A stretch of 49,644 nucleotides of DNA from Eubacteriales bacterium. GTDB taxonomy: Bacteria > Bacillota > Clostridia > Oscillospirales > CAG-272. The stretch spans positions 1 to 49,644 of the forward strand of contig JAZNDA010000008.1 of NCBI GenBank assembly GCA_045587785.1. Direction: 5' to 3'. The number at the start of each line of letters is the position of its first letter. Within the stretch, counting starts at the first letter, position 1. The notes beneath the pieces were generated by a model. It saw only the letters and a list, made by a program, of their open reading frames with translations. It ran no database searches and was not told the DNA's origin. Positions 24,200 through 32,540 of this stretch are shown here, one piece after another. The translations under genes and the position numbers were made by a program.

Positions 24200-26488
24200 A
24201 TGGAAAAGATTACAGGACTTGATTTTAAGATCCAAGAAATGGCGGCAAGAATCCGCGAGCTTCGTGAGATCGAAGGCATCTCTATCGAGGATATGGCGGC
24301 AAAGACAGGCGTTACGCCCACAGAATATGCCGACTGCGAAAGCGGAAAAAGCGATCTGAACTTTACTTTCATTTATCGCTGTGCCCTTGTGTTCGGTGTC
24401 AACGTCACTGATATTATCGAAGGCTACAGCCCCAATCTGCGCTCGTACACCGTAACGCGCGCAGGCGGCGGTCAGCACATTGCGCAGGCGCACGGTATGA
24501 CCTATTATAACCTTGCCTACGCGTTTCAGAACCGTATTGCAGAGCCGCTTTACGTACGAAGCGTTTACGATGAGGGTGCACAGCACCGCGACATCGAGCT
24601 TACCTCCCACGCAGGTCAGGAGTGTGACATCGTGGTTGAGGGACAGCTGATGGTGCAGGTAGGCGACCATAAAGAGATCTTAGGTCCCGGCGACAGCATG
24701 TACTACAACAGCGAAACACCCCACGGCATGATCGCCGTTGGCGGCAAGGACTGTATCTTCTACGCCATCGTTCTCAACCCCACGGGCGAGCCCATCCCCG
24801 AGCTTGTCACGCCCAAGGCGATCGCAAGCACCAGCCAGATCAAATTCGATACCAAGGACCGAATTTACAAGAAATATATTGACGTTACCAAGAACGACAA
24901 AGGCACGCCCACGTCGATCACCTTTAAAAACACGGAGAATTTCAACTTTGCGTTTGACCTTGTGGATGCGCTTGCCGAGCGCGAGCCCGAAAAGCTGGCA
25001 ATGCTCCATATTTCGAAGGATCATACCGAACGCCGTTTCACCTTCCTTGACATAAAGAAGGCATCCGCACAGTGCGCCAACTACTTTAAGTCGCTGGGCA
25101 TCAAGAAGGGCGATAAGGTCATGCTGGTTCTCAAGCGTCACTATCAGTTCTGGTTTGCTATGCTGGGTCTGAATAAGCTGGGTGCCATCGCAATTCCTGC
25201 GCCCAATCAGCTTCAGGAGCATGACTTTGAGTACCGCTTCCGTACCGCAGGCATCAGTGCGATCCTCTGTACGGCAGACGGTGACACAGCATCTCAGATC
25301 GAGGGTGCCGCCAAGGATATTCCCGAACTTAAGCACCGCATCATGGTTGGTGGCGAGCGTGAGGGATGGCGTAATTTCGACGAGGAATACACGCTTTACA
25401 GCACGCGCTATAACCGCACGGAGGACGCCCCGAGCGGCGACGATCTGCTGCTGATGTTCTTCACATCGGGCACGTCTGGCTATCCCAAGATCGCGGCACA
25501 TAATCACAAATATCCGCTTGGTCACTTCCATACGGCAAAATATTGGCACAACGTGGACCCCGACGGACTTCACTTCACCATTTCGGACACGGGATGGGCA
25601 AAGTCCATGTGGGGTAAGCTCTACGGTCAGTGGCTGTGTGAGGCTCCAATCTTTGTTTACGATTTCGACCGTTTTGATGCCGCCGACATTCTTCCGCTGT
25701 TTGCCAAATATCAGATCACCACGTTCTGCGCACCGCCCACCATGCTCCGCATGATGGTCAAGCAGGATATCTCCAAGTATGACCTTTCCTCCGTGCGTCA
25801 CATGACCACGGCAGGCGAGGCACTGAACCCCGAGGTCTACCGCCAGTTTGAAAAGGCAACGGGTCTGCAGATCCTTGAAGGCTTTGGTCAGACCGAAAGC
25901 ACCATGATCATTGGTAATATGCGCGGCGCTTCGCATAAGATCGGCTCTATGGGTAAGCCCGCTCCCATTTACAAGGTCAGCCTTGTGGATACCGAGGGCA
26001 ACCCCGTTCCCGACGGTGAAACGGGCGAGATCGTCATCGACGTTCGTGACGGCGCACCCTGCGGTTTGTTCACGGGCTACTACGGCGACGAAGAAAAGAC
26101 CAAAGAGGTATGGCATGACGGCTTCTATCATACGGGCGACACCGCATGGCGCGATGAGGACGGCTTCTATTGGTACGTCGGACGTGTGGATGACGTCATC
26201 AAGTCCTCGGGCTACCGCATCGGTCCCTTTGAGATCGAGAGCGTTATTATGGAGCTTCCGTACGTCCTTGAATGTGGCGTTTCCGCCGCACCCGATGAGG
26301 TCAGAGGTCAGATCGTCAAGGCAAGCATCGTGCTGACCAAGGGCACAGAGGGCACTGAGGAGCTCAAAAAAGAAATTCAAAACTACGTCAAGGAGCATAC
26401 CGCTCCCTACAAATACCCCCGTCTTGTGGTGTTCCGCGATGAGCTTCCCAAAACCACAAGCGGTAAGATCCAGAGAAACAAGCTATGA
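24200..26488 (+). CDS. Fusion: XRE-type HTH + cupin domain + medium-chain acyl-CoA synthetase (ACSM/MACS clade)
   Basis: The start is set at ATG 24200, after the T-box terminator, with RBS GGAAAGGTAGG. HTH region: AARIRELREIEGISIEDMAAKTGVTPTEYADCESGK. Cupin region: HAGQECDIVVEGQL...GDSMYYNSETPHG. ACS motifs: FFTSGTSGYPK, EGFGQTES, YHTGDTAWRDEDGFYWYVGRVDDVIKSSGYRIGPFEIES, SGKIQR. Confidence 0.85.
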   Translation: MEKITGLDFKIQEMAARIRELREIEGISIEDMAAKTGVTPTEYADCESGKSDLNFTFIYRCALVFGVNVTDIIEGYSPNLRSYTVTRAGGGQHIAQAHGMTYYNLAYAFQNRIAEPLYVRSVYDEGAQHRDIELTSHAGQECDIVVEGQLMVQVGDHKEILGPGDSMYYNSETPHGMIAVGGKDCIFYAIVLNPTGEPIPELVTPKAIASTSQIKFDTKDRIYKKYIDVTKNDKGTPTSITFKNTENFNFAFDLVDALAEREPEKLAMLHISKDHTERRFTFLDIKKASAQCANYFKSLGIKKGDKVMLVLKRHYQFWFAMLGLNKLGAIAIPAPNQLQEHDFEYRFRTAGISAILCTADGDTASQIEGAAKDIPELKHRIMVGGEREGWRNFDEEYTLYSTRYNRTEDAPSGDDLLLMFFTSGTSGYPKIAAHNHKYPLGHFHTAKYWHNVDPDGLHFTISDTGWAKSMWGKLYGQWLCEAPIFVYDFDRFDAADILPLFAKYQITTFCAPPTMLRMMVKQDISKYDLSSVRHMTTAGEALNPEVYRQFEKATGLQILEGFGQTESTMIIGNMRGASHKIGSMGKPAPIYKVSLVDTEGNPVPDGETGEIVIDVRDGAPCGLFTGYYGDEEKTKEVWHDGFYHTGDTAWRDEDGFYWYVGRVDDVIKSSGYRIGPFEIESVIMELPYVLECGVSAAPDEVRGQIVKASIVLTKGTEGTEELKKEIQNYVKEHTAPYKYPRLVVFRDELPKTTSGKIQRNKL

Positions 26489-27153
26489 GAAACTATAAAC
26501 GTATCACGCTTGTTTGCGGTCATTACGGAAGCGGAAAAACAAACGTCGCTGTCAACATGGCGTTTGACCTTAAAAAACAGTTTGATAAGGTCGCGCTTGC
26601 CGATCTGGACATCGTCAATCCCTATTTCCGTGCCAAGGACAGCCAAAAACAGCTTCTTGAGGCAGGCATCCGCTTTATCGGATCGGAATACGCCAACTCC
26701 AACGTGGATATTCCCGCGCTTCCGCAGGATATGTACGCCATCACCGATGATAAGACCATGAAATGTATTCTGGATATCGGCGGAGATGACCGCGGTGCAT
26801 TAGCACTTGGGCGTTTGGCTCCTGCCATTCTTGAAGAAAACGATTACGAGATGCTGATGGTGATCAACCGTTCCCGTCCGCTCTCGCACGACGCCCCCTC
26901 GACCATCGAGATCATGAGAGAGATCGAAACGGCAGGCGGCATCCGCTTCACGGGGCTTATCAACAACACCAATCTCGGCGTGGAAACCACCGTGGAGGAT
27001 ATCCTTGATTCTATCCCCTATGCAAAAGAGGTCTCGGCACTGTCGGGACTGCCCCTTGTGGCAACCTCCGTACGGCAGGACCTTGCCCCCGCCCTTGAAG
27101 GAAAAGCGGAAAACATCTTCCCTCTTGTCCTTCATCAATTTCAAAACATTTGA
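26485..27153 (+). CDS. P-loop NTPase (SIMIBI/CooC-MinD-like), function unknown
   Basis: Walker A GHYGSGKTN, followed by LADLDIVNPYFR. 222 aa. The ATGA start overlaps the ACS stop. Confidence 0.6.
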   Translation: MRNYKRITLVCGHYGSGKTNVAVNMAFDLKKQFDKVALADLDIVNPYFRAKDSQKQLLEAGIRFIGSEYANSNVDIPALPQDMYAITDDKTMKCILDIGGDDRGALALGRLAPAILEENDYEMLMVINRSRPLSHDAPSTIEIMREIETAGGIRFTGLINNTNLGVETTVEDILDSIPYAKEVSALSGLPLVATSVRQDLAPALEGKAENIFPLVLHQFQNI

Positions 27154-27179
27154 TTTTACACAGAAAGGAAAAATAAATC

Positions 27180-27386
27180 ATGGCAAAACTGACATTCAAA
27201 ACCGATTTCTGCAAGGGCTGTGGACTTTGCGTGGATGTTTGTCCCAAAAAGGTTCTCAGACTTGCCACAGACAAGATCAACAAAAAAGGACACCATCCCG
27301 CCGAGGCGATCGACGAGAGCGCTTGCGTTGGCTGTGCATCCTGCGCAATGATGTGTCCCGACTGCATTATCAAAGTGGAAAGGTGA
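27180..27386 (+). CDS. 2-oxoacid:ferredoxin oxidoreductase delta subunit (2x[4Fe-4S] ferredoxin)
   Basis: CKGCGLCVDVCP and CVGCASCAMMCP motifs. 68 aa. Confidence 0.85.
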   Translation: MAKLTFKTDFCKGCGLCVDVCPKKVLRLATDKINKKGHHPAEAIDESACVGCASCAMMCPDCIIKVER

Positions 27387-27395
27387 GTGAAAACA

Positions 27396-28463
27396 ATGTC
27401 TGAAAAAGTACTTATGAAAGGTAACGAAGCCATTGCCGAGGCGGCGATCATTGCAGGCTGCCGTCATTACTTCGGTTACCCCATTACCCCCCAGACCGAG
27501 ATCGCCGCATATATGGCAAAGAGAATGCCCAAGATCGGCGGTACGTTCCTTCAGGCAGAGAGTGAGATCGCTGCCATCAATATGGTTTACGGCGTTGCCG
27601 CTGCAGGCTACCGCGTTATGACTTCCTCCTCCAGCCCCGGTGTATCGCTTAAGGGCGAAGGTCTATCTTACCTCGCGGGTGCGGATCTGCCTTCTTTCAT
27701 TGTCAACGTACAGCGCGGAGGCCCCGGTCTTGGCGGCATCCAACCCAGCCAGTCGGACTACTTCCAGGCAACCAGAGGCGGCGGACACGGTGACTATCAC
27801 ATGATCGTGCTTGCTCCCGCATCGGTACAGGAGATGGCAGAGCTTACCGTTCGCGGCTTCGAGCTTGCCGATACCTACCGCATGACCACCATGGTGCTTG
27901 CAGACGGTACCATGGGACAGATGATGGAGCCCGTTTCGCTTGACTTTGACGTAAAGCCTCAGATCGAAAAGCCCTGGGCAACCACGGGCACGGGAATGAA
28001 ACGTCCCCACAATATCGTCAACTCGCTCTTCCTTGACCCCGAGGAGCTTGAGAAATTTAACTTTGACCGCTATAAGCGTTATGAGCAGATCGAGAAGAAC
28101 GAGGTACTCTATGAGGAATATCTCATGGACGATGCCGAGATCGCCATCGTTGCCTTCGGTATTGCCGCACGTGTGGCTAAGAGTGCCATCAACGAGGCAA
28201 GAACCCTTGGCATCAAGGCAGGTATGATCCGTCCGATCACCCTTTGGCCCTTCCCCAAGGCTCCCTTCAAGAAGGCCGCCGGCAAAGTAAAGCAGTACAT
28301 ATCGGTTGAGCTTTCCATGGGTCAGATGATCGAGGACGTAAAGCTTGCAAGCGAATGTCGCGTGCCTGTCACGCTTTGCAATCGCGTGGGCGGTATGATC
28401 CCCTCTCCCGCACAGGTGCTTGAAAGCATCAAGAATGCCGCAAAGAACGGAGGTAACAACTAA
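27396..28463 (+). CDS. 2-oxoacid:ferredoxin oxidoreductase alpha subunit
   Basis: LMKGNEAIAEAAIIAGCRHYFGYPITPQTEI is a typical KorA/VorA N-terminus. ATG 27396 lies 9 nt after AGGTGA. An in-frame GTG at 27387 is an alternative start. Confidence 0.85.
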   Translation: MSEKVLMKGNEAIAEAAIIAGCRHYFGYPITPQTEIAAYMAKRMPKIGGTFLQAESEIAAINMVYGVAAAGYRVMTSSSSPGVSLKGEGLSYLAGADLPSFIVNVQRGGPGLGGIQPSQSDYFQATRGGGHGDYHMIVLAPASVQEMAELTVRGFELADTYRMTTMVLADGTMGQMMEPVSLDFDVKPQIEKPWATTGTGMKRPHNIVNSLFLDPEELEKFNFDRYKRYEQIEKNEVLYEEYLMDDAEIAIVAFGIAARVAKSAINEARTLGIKAGMIRPITLWPFPKAPFKKAAGKVKQYISVELSMGQMIEDVKLASECRVPVTLCNRVGGMIPSPAQVLESIKNAAKNGGNN

Positions 28464-29218
28464 TGGCTGTAGTATTTGATAAACCCCATGCACTTGCCGA
28501 TGTGCCGCTTCATTACTGCCCCGGATGCACCCACGGTATCGTTCACCGCTTGGTTGCCGAGGTTCTGGATGAGCTTGAGATCGAGGGCAAAACCATCGGT
28601 ATCGCCCCCGTCGGTTGCTCGGTTATGGCATACAACTATTTTAACTGCGATATGATCGAAGCCGCTCACGGCCGTGCGCCCGCTGTGGCTACGGGTGTTA
28701 AGCGTGCCAATCCCGAAAACGTGGTCTTCACCTATCAGGGTGACGGCGACCTTGCGTCCATCGGTATGGCGGAGACCGTCCATGCCGCGGCAAGAAACGA
28801 AAACATCACCATCATCTTTATCAACAACGCGATCTACGGTATGACGGGCGGTCAGATGGCGCCCACGTCGCTTGTAGGTCAGGTCACACAGACCTCTCCT
28901 TACGGCAGAGATCCCAAGGCGTGCGGCTATCCCATCCGTGTGTGCGAAATGCTTTCGGAGCTGGAGGGCCCCGAGTATCTGGCTCGTGTGACCGTTAACA
29001 CCGTACCGAGGATCCGCGAGGCAAAAAAAGCAATCAAGAAGGCATTCCAGAATCAGCTTGAGGGCAAGGGCTTCTCACTGGTAGAAGTGGTCTCCACCTG
29101 CCCCACCAACTGGGGTATGACACCAAAGGCGGCTCTCCAGTGGATCGACGAGAAGATGCTTCCCCAGTATCCGCTCGGCGTATATAAGGACAGAACCGCA
29201 AAGGAGGAAACAAAATGA
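28463..29218 (+). CDS. 2-oxoacid:ferredoxin oxidoreductase beta subunit (TPP-binding)
   Basis: YCPGCTHGI plus the TPP motif GDGDLASIGMAE...NNAIYGMTGGQ. TAATG overlap with the alpha subunit. Confidence 0.88.
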   Translation: MAVVFDKPHALADVPLHYCPGCTHGIVHRLVAEVLDELEIEGKTIGIAPVGCSVMAYNYFNCDMIEAAHGRAPAVATGVKRANPENVVFTYQGDGDLASIGMAETVHAAARNENITIIFINNAIYGMTGGQMAPTSLVGQVTQTSPYGRDPKACGYPIRVCEMLSELEGPEYLARVTVNTVPRIREAKKAIKKAFQNQLEGKGFSLVEVVSTCPTNWGMTPKAALQWIDEKMLPQYPLGVYKDRTAKEETK

Positions 29219-29748
29219 GCACCAAACAACTTCTTTTCTCCGGCTTTGGCGGACAGGGTATTCTGTTTGCAGGAAAATTTATCGCCTATAAGGGCCTCAT
29301 CGACAATAAGCAGGTAAGCTGGCTTCCCTCTTACGGCCCCGAAATGCGCGGCGGTACGGCAAGCTGCGGTGTTATTGTCAGCGATGAGCCCGTTGGCTCT
29401 CCCATCGTTTCCGCTCCCGACGTGCTGATCGCCATGAACCTGCCCTCTCTTGATAAATATGAAGACTCGGTGGCATCGGGCGGCATCATTCTTCTTGACT
29501 CCTCGCTTATCGAGCGTAAGGTTAGACGCACCGACGTGACCGTGTACGCCATCCCCGCAACTCAGATGGCAAGCGATAACGGCATGCCTACCCTTGCCAA
29601 CATGATCCTTGTCGGAAAGCTGCTGAAGGCACTTGACGACTTTGGCGAGGAAAGCGTATCCGCGGCACTTAAGAAGGTAATTTCCGCAAAGCATGCAGAC
29701 ATGATGGACGTCAACCGCAAGGCGATGCAGCTTGGCGCGGACTATTGA
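29215..29748 (+). CDS. 2-oxoacid:ferredoxin oxidoreductase gamma subunit
   Basis: FSGFGGQGILFAGKF...PSYGPEMRGGTA is typical of the gamma subunit. ATGA overlap with the beta subunit. Confidence 0.85.
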   Translation: MSTKQLLFSGFGGQGILFAGKFIAYKGLIDNKQVSWLPSYGPEMRGGTASCGVIVSDEPVGSPIVSAPDVLIAMNLPSLDKYEDSVASGGIILLDSSLIERKVRRTDVTVYAIPATQMASDNGMPTLANMILVGKLLKALDDFGEESVSAALKKVISAKHADMMDVNRKAMQLGADY

Positions 29749-29763
29749 TCGGAGGAAATAAAA

Positions 29764-30828
29764 ATGGAAATCAGATTTGAAAAAAATACAGCTCCCAAGC
29801 AGAAGCCCGACAGCAGTATACTTGGCTTCGGTAAGTTCTTCACCGACCATATGTTCATGATGGACTATTCGGCAGATGAGGGATGGCATGACGCACGCAT
29901 TATCCCCTTTGGTCCTTTGGCGATTCACCCTGCCTGCACCGCACTTCACTACGGCTCGGAGATCTTTGAGGGTCTTAAGGCGTACAGACGTGCCGACGGT
30001 AAGGTGCAGATGTTCCGTCCCATGGAGAACATCCGCCGTATGAACAACTCGGCAGAGCGTCTTTGCCTGCCTCAGATCCCCGAGGATCTGGCACTTGAGG
30101 TTCTCACAAAATTTGTGGCAACCGAGCAGGAGTGGACACCGTCAGCTTCGGGCACCTCGCTTTATCTGCGTCCGTTTATGTTCGGAAACGATGAAACGCT
30201 GGGCGTTCATGCCGTTCACCATGCTACTTTTGTCATTATCGCCTCTCCCGTCGGAAGCTACTATAAAGAGGGCATCAACCCCGTCAAGATCATGATCGAG
30301 GACGAGGACGTCCGCGCTGTACGCGGCGGTACGGGCTATGCCAAGTGCGGCGGCAACTATGCCGCATCCAACCGCGCAGGCGAGCGCGCCGAGAAGAAGG
30401 GATACTCGCAGGTGCTTTGGCTGGACGGCGTGGAGAGAAAGTACATTGAGGAAGTCGGTGCCATGAACGTCATGTTCAAGATCGACGGCAAGATCGTCAC
30501 CCCCATGCTCAGCGGCTCCATCCTTCCCGGTATCACCCGTAAATCCTGCATTGAAGTGCTGAAAAAGGAGGGCTATGAGGTTGAAGAAAGACTTCTGAGC
30601 ATCGACGAGCTTGACGAGGCACTGAAGAGCGGCAAGCTGGAAGAGGCGTGGGGTTGCGGCACCGCAGCCGTTGTTTCCCCGATCGGCGAGCTTTGCTATA
30701 AGGATAATAAGTACATTATCAACGATGGCAAGATCGGTGCAGTCACCCAAAAGCTGTATGACACTCTGACAGGCATCCAGTGGGGCGCTCTTGAGGATTG
30801 CTTCGGCTGGACTTACGCTATTGACTGA
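29764..30828 (+). CDS. ilvE: Branched-chain amino acid aminotransferase (fold type IV)
   Basis: 354 aa: FTDHMF...LHYGSEIFEGLKAYR...GGTGYAKCGGNYAAS...EEVGAMNVMF...GITR. Confidence 0.9.
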   Translation: MEIRFEKNTAPKQKPDSSILGFGKFFTDHMFMMDYSADEGWHDARIIPFGPLAIHPACTALHYGSEIFEGLKAYRRADGKVQMFRPMENIRRMNNSAERLCLPQIPEDLALEVLTKFVATEQEWTPSASGTSLYLRPFMFGNDETLGVHAVHHATFVIIASPVGSYYKEGINPVKIMIEDEDVRAVRGGTGYAKCGGNYAASNRAGERAEKKGYSQVLWLDGVERKYIEEVGAMNVMFKIDGKIVTPMLSGSILPGITRKSCIEVLKKEGYEVEERLLSIDELDEALKSGKLEEAWGCGTAAVVSPIGELCYKDNKYIINDGKIGAVTQKLYDTLTGIQWGALEDCFGWTYAID

Positions 30829-30851
30829 CCAAGACAACCATAGATATTCAC

Positions 30852-30890
30852 AACCGTCGGAGAATGTATGCGCGTTCTCCGACGGTTTTT
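30852..30890 (+). terminator. Strong rho-independent terminator ending the Val T-box operon
   Basis: 13-bp stem AACCGTCGGAGAA/TTCTCCGACGGTT followed by TTT. Confidence 0.85.
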
Positions 30891-30973
30891 GTCGAGAAAA
30901 TGTTAAACTTTTTGAAAAAGCGGTTGACAAAACTACATTAGGTGGTGTATAATATAAGAAAGGCGGTGAAGGC

Positions 30974-31678
30974 TTGAAAAAATTACTGTTGCGTATACTC
31001 ATAGCTGTCGGCATACTTGTCGCGGCGATCGTTCTTTTCTTTGTTATAACCAATTTGATCATGTTGTTTGGCACAAAAAAGCGGGTGCTTACTCTTGCAG
31101 ACCTTTCCGATATCAAAGCATACGAGGACTCGTATGATGTCATTGTGGTACTTGGTGCCGCGGTGCGCGAGGGCGGCAGACCGAGCGATATGCTCAGGGA
31201 CAGACTGGAAGTGGGTAACGAGCTGTATTTTGCAGGTCTTGCCGACAAGATACTCATGAGCGGCGACCATATGTCAAAGGACTATGACGAGGTCAGCAAC
31301 ATGAAAAAATACGCAATCGAGGCAGGCATCCCCAGTCAGTACATCTATCTTGACCACGCAGGGCTTTCGACCTATGACAGCATGTGGCGTCTTTCGCATA
31401 TATACGGTGCCAAGAAAGTGCTCATCGTCACGCAAAGCTATCACCTGCCGCGCGCGCTGTATTTGGCAAAGAGTTTCGGCATGGATGCCTTTGGCATTTC
31501 GGCAGATCTGCGTCCGTACACAAACCAGCTTTACCGCGACATGCGCGAGTTCTTAGCCAGAAGCAAGGACGTCATGTTGGCGATCATAAAACCCGACGCC
31601 ACTTATGTAGGTGACCCCATTTCGCTTGACAAGGGCGGCGATATGACCAATGAAAACCCATTTTGGAAAGAAGGATAA
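30974..31678 (+). CDS. SanA/YdcF (DUF218) family membrane-anchored protein
   Basis: TTG start. N-terminal TM helix, then DVIVVLGAAV...GRPSDMLRDRL...ILMSGDH...VTQSYHLPRALYLA. Confidence 0.8.
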   Translation: MKKLLLRILIAVGILVAAIVLFFVITNLIMLFGTKKRVLTLADLSDIKAYEDSYDVIVVLGAAVREGGRPSDMLRDRLEVGNELYFAGLADKILMSGDHMSKDYDEVSNMKKYAIEAGIPSQYIYLDHAGLSTYDSMWRLSHIYGAKKVLIVTQSYHLPRALYLAKSFGMDAFGISADLRPYTNQLYRDMREFLARSKDVMLAIIKPDATYVGDPISLDKGGDMTNENPFWKEG

Positions 31679-31683
31679 TATTT

Positions 31684-32358
31684 GTGGTAAGAACCAAACT
31701 CAAGGACAGAAAGCTCCCCGAATACACGCGCGGAGAAGAAATATTCAATATGGTCTCGCATATTGTAGGCGGCAGCATTGGCGTTGTGGCACTGGTGCTT
31801 TGCGTGATCGTTGCCGCTTTGCACCAAAGCGTCTGGGGCGTGGTGGGCAGTGCCATTTACGGCACTACCATGATCGCGCTTTACACCATGTCAAGCATCT
31901 ATCACGGTCTCAGACCAAATCTCACTGCCAAAAAGGTTCTTCAGATCATGGATCACTGCTCCATATTCCTTTTAATTGCAGGCACTTATACCCCCATCGC
32001 ACTGACAGCTCTGCGCTCGTATTCCCCTAAACTCGGCTGGACTGTCTTTTCCGTTGTGTGGGGGCTTGCAGTGATCGGCATTACCTTAAACGCTATAGAC
32101 CTAAAAAAATACAAGGTGTTCTCCATGATATGCTATCTCTTTATGGGCTGGTGTATCGTGTTTGCCGCAAAGCCCACCTATCTTGCCATCGGCAAAGGCG
32201 GCGTGACGTTTTTGGTGGCAGGCGGCGTCGCCTATACCATCGGCGCACTGATCTATATGCTCGGCAAGAAAAAACGCTATGCCCACTCCATTTTTCATAT
32301 TTTTGTGGTGCTTGGCAGTATCCTTCAATTCTTCAGTATTTTATTCTATATCATTTGA
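31684..32358 (+). CDS. Hemolysin III / PAQR family channel protein
   Basis: Seven TM helices, with EEIFNMVSHIVG near the N-terminus and HIFVVLGS near the C-terminus. GTG 31684 is preferred because RBS GAAGGA lies about 9-10 nt upstream. The ORF-track TTG at 31663 is the alternative. Confidence 0.8.
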   Translation: MVRTKLKDRKLPEYTRGEEIFNMVSHIVGGSIGVVALVLCVIVAALHQSVWGVVGSAIYGTTMIALYTMSSIYHGLRPNLTAKKVLQIMDHCSIFLLIAGTYTPIALTALRSYSPKLGWTVFSVVWGLAVIGITLNAIDLKKYKVFSMICYLFMGWCIVFAAKPTYLAIGKGGVTFLVAGGVAYTIGALIYMLGKKKRYAHSIFHIFVVLGSILQFFSILFYII

Positions 32359-32440
32359 TTTAGCCTCTCTCCCCCCGATAAAGGGAGGTGGCACGGCGTG
32401 CCGTGACGGAAAGATCGCTCAACGGCAAAAGCCTCTTTTG

Positions 32441-32466
32441 AACCACCCGCTTAGCGGGTGGTTTTC
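32441..32466 (+). terminator. Rho-independent terminator
   Basis: AACCACCCGC-TTA-GCGGGTGGTT followed by TT. Confidence 0.75.
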
Positions 32467-32473
32467 GCGAATC

Positions 32474-32513
32474 CATAAAACAAACAAGCAATATCTCCTC
32501 TCGGTGATATTGC
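32474..32513 (-). terminator. Terminator for spoIVB (minus strand)
   Basis: Minus strand reads GCAATATC-ACCGAGAGGA-GATATTGC followed by TTGTTTGTTTT. Confidence 0.6.
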
Positions 32514-32540
32514 CCGTTTGCCTTGTATTGCCACCCTTTT

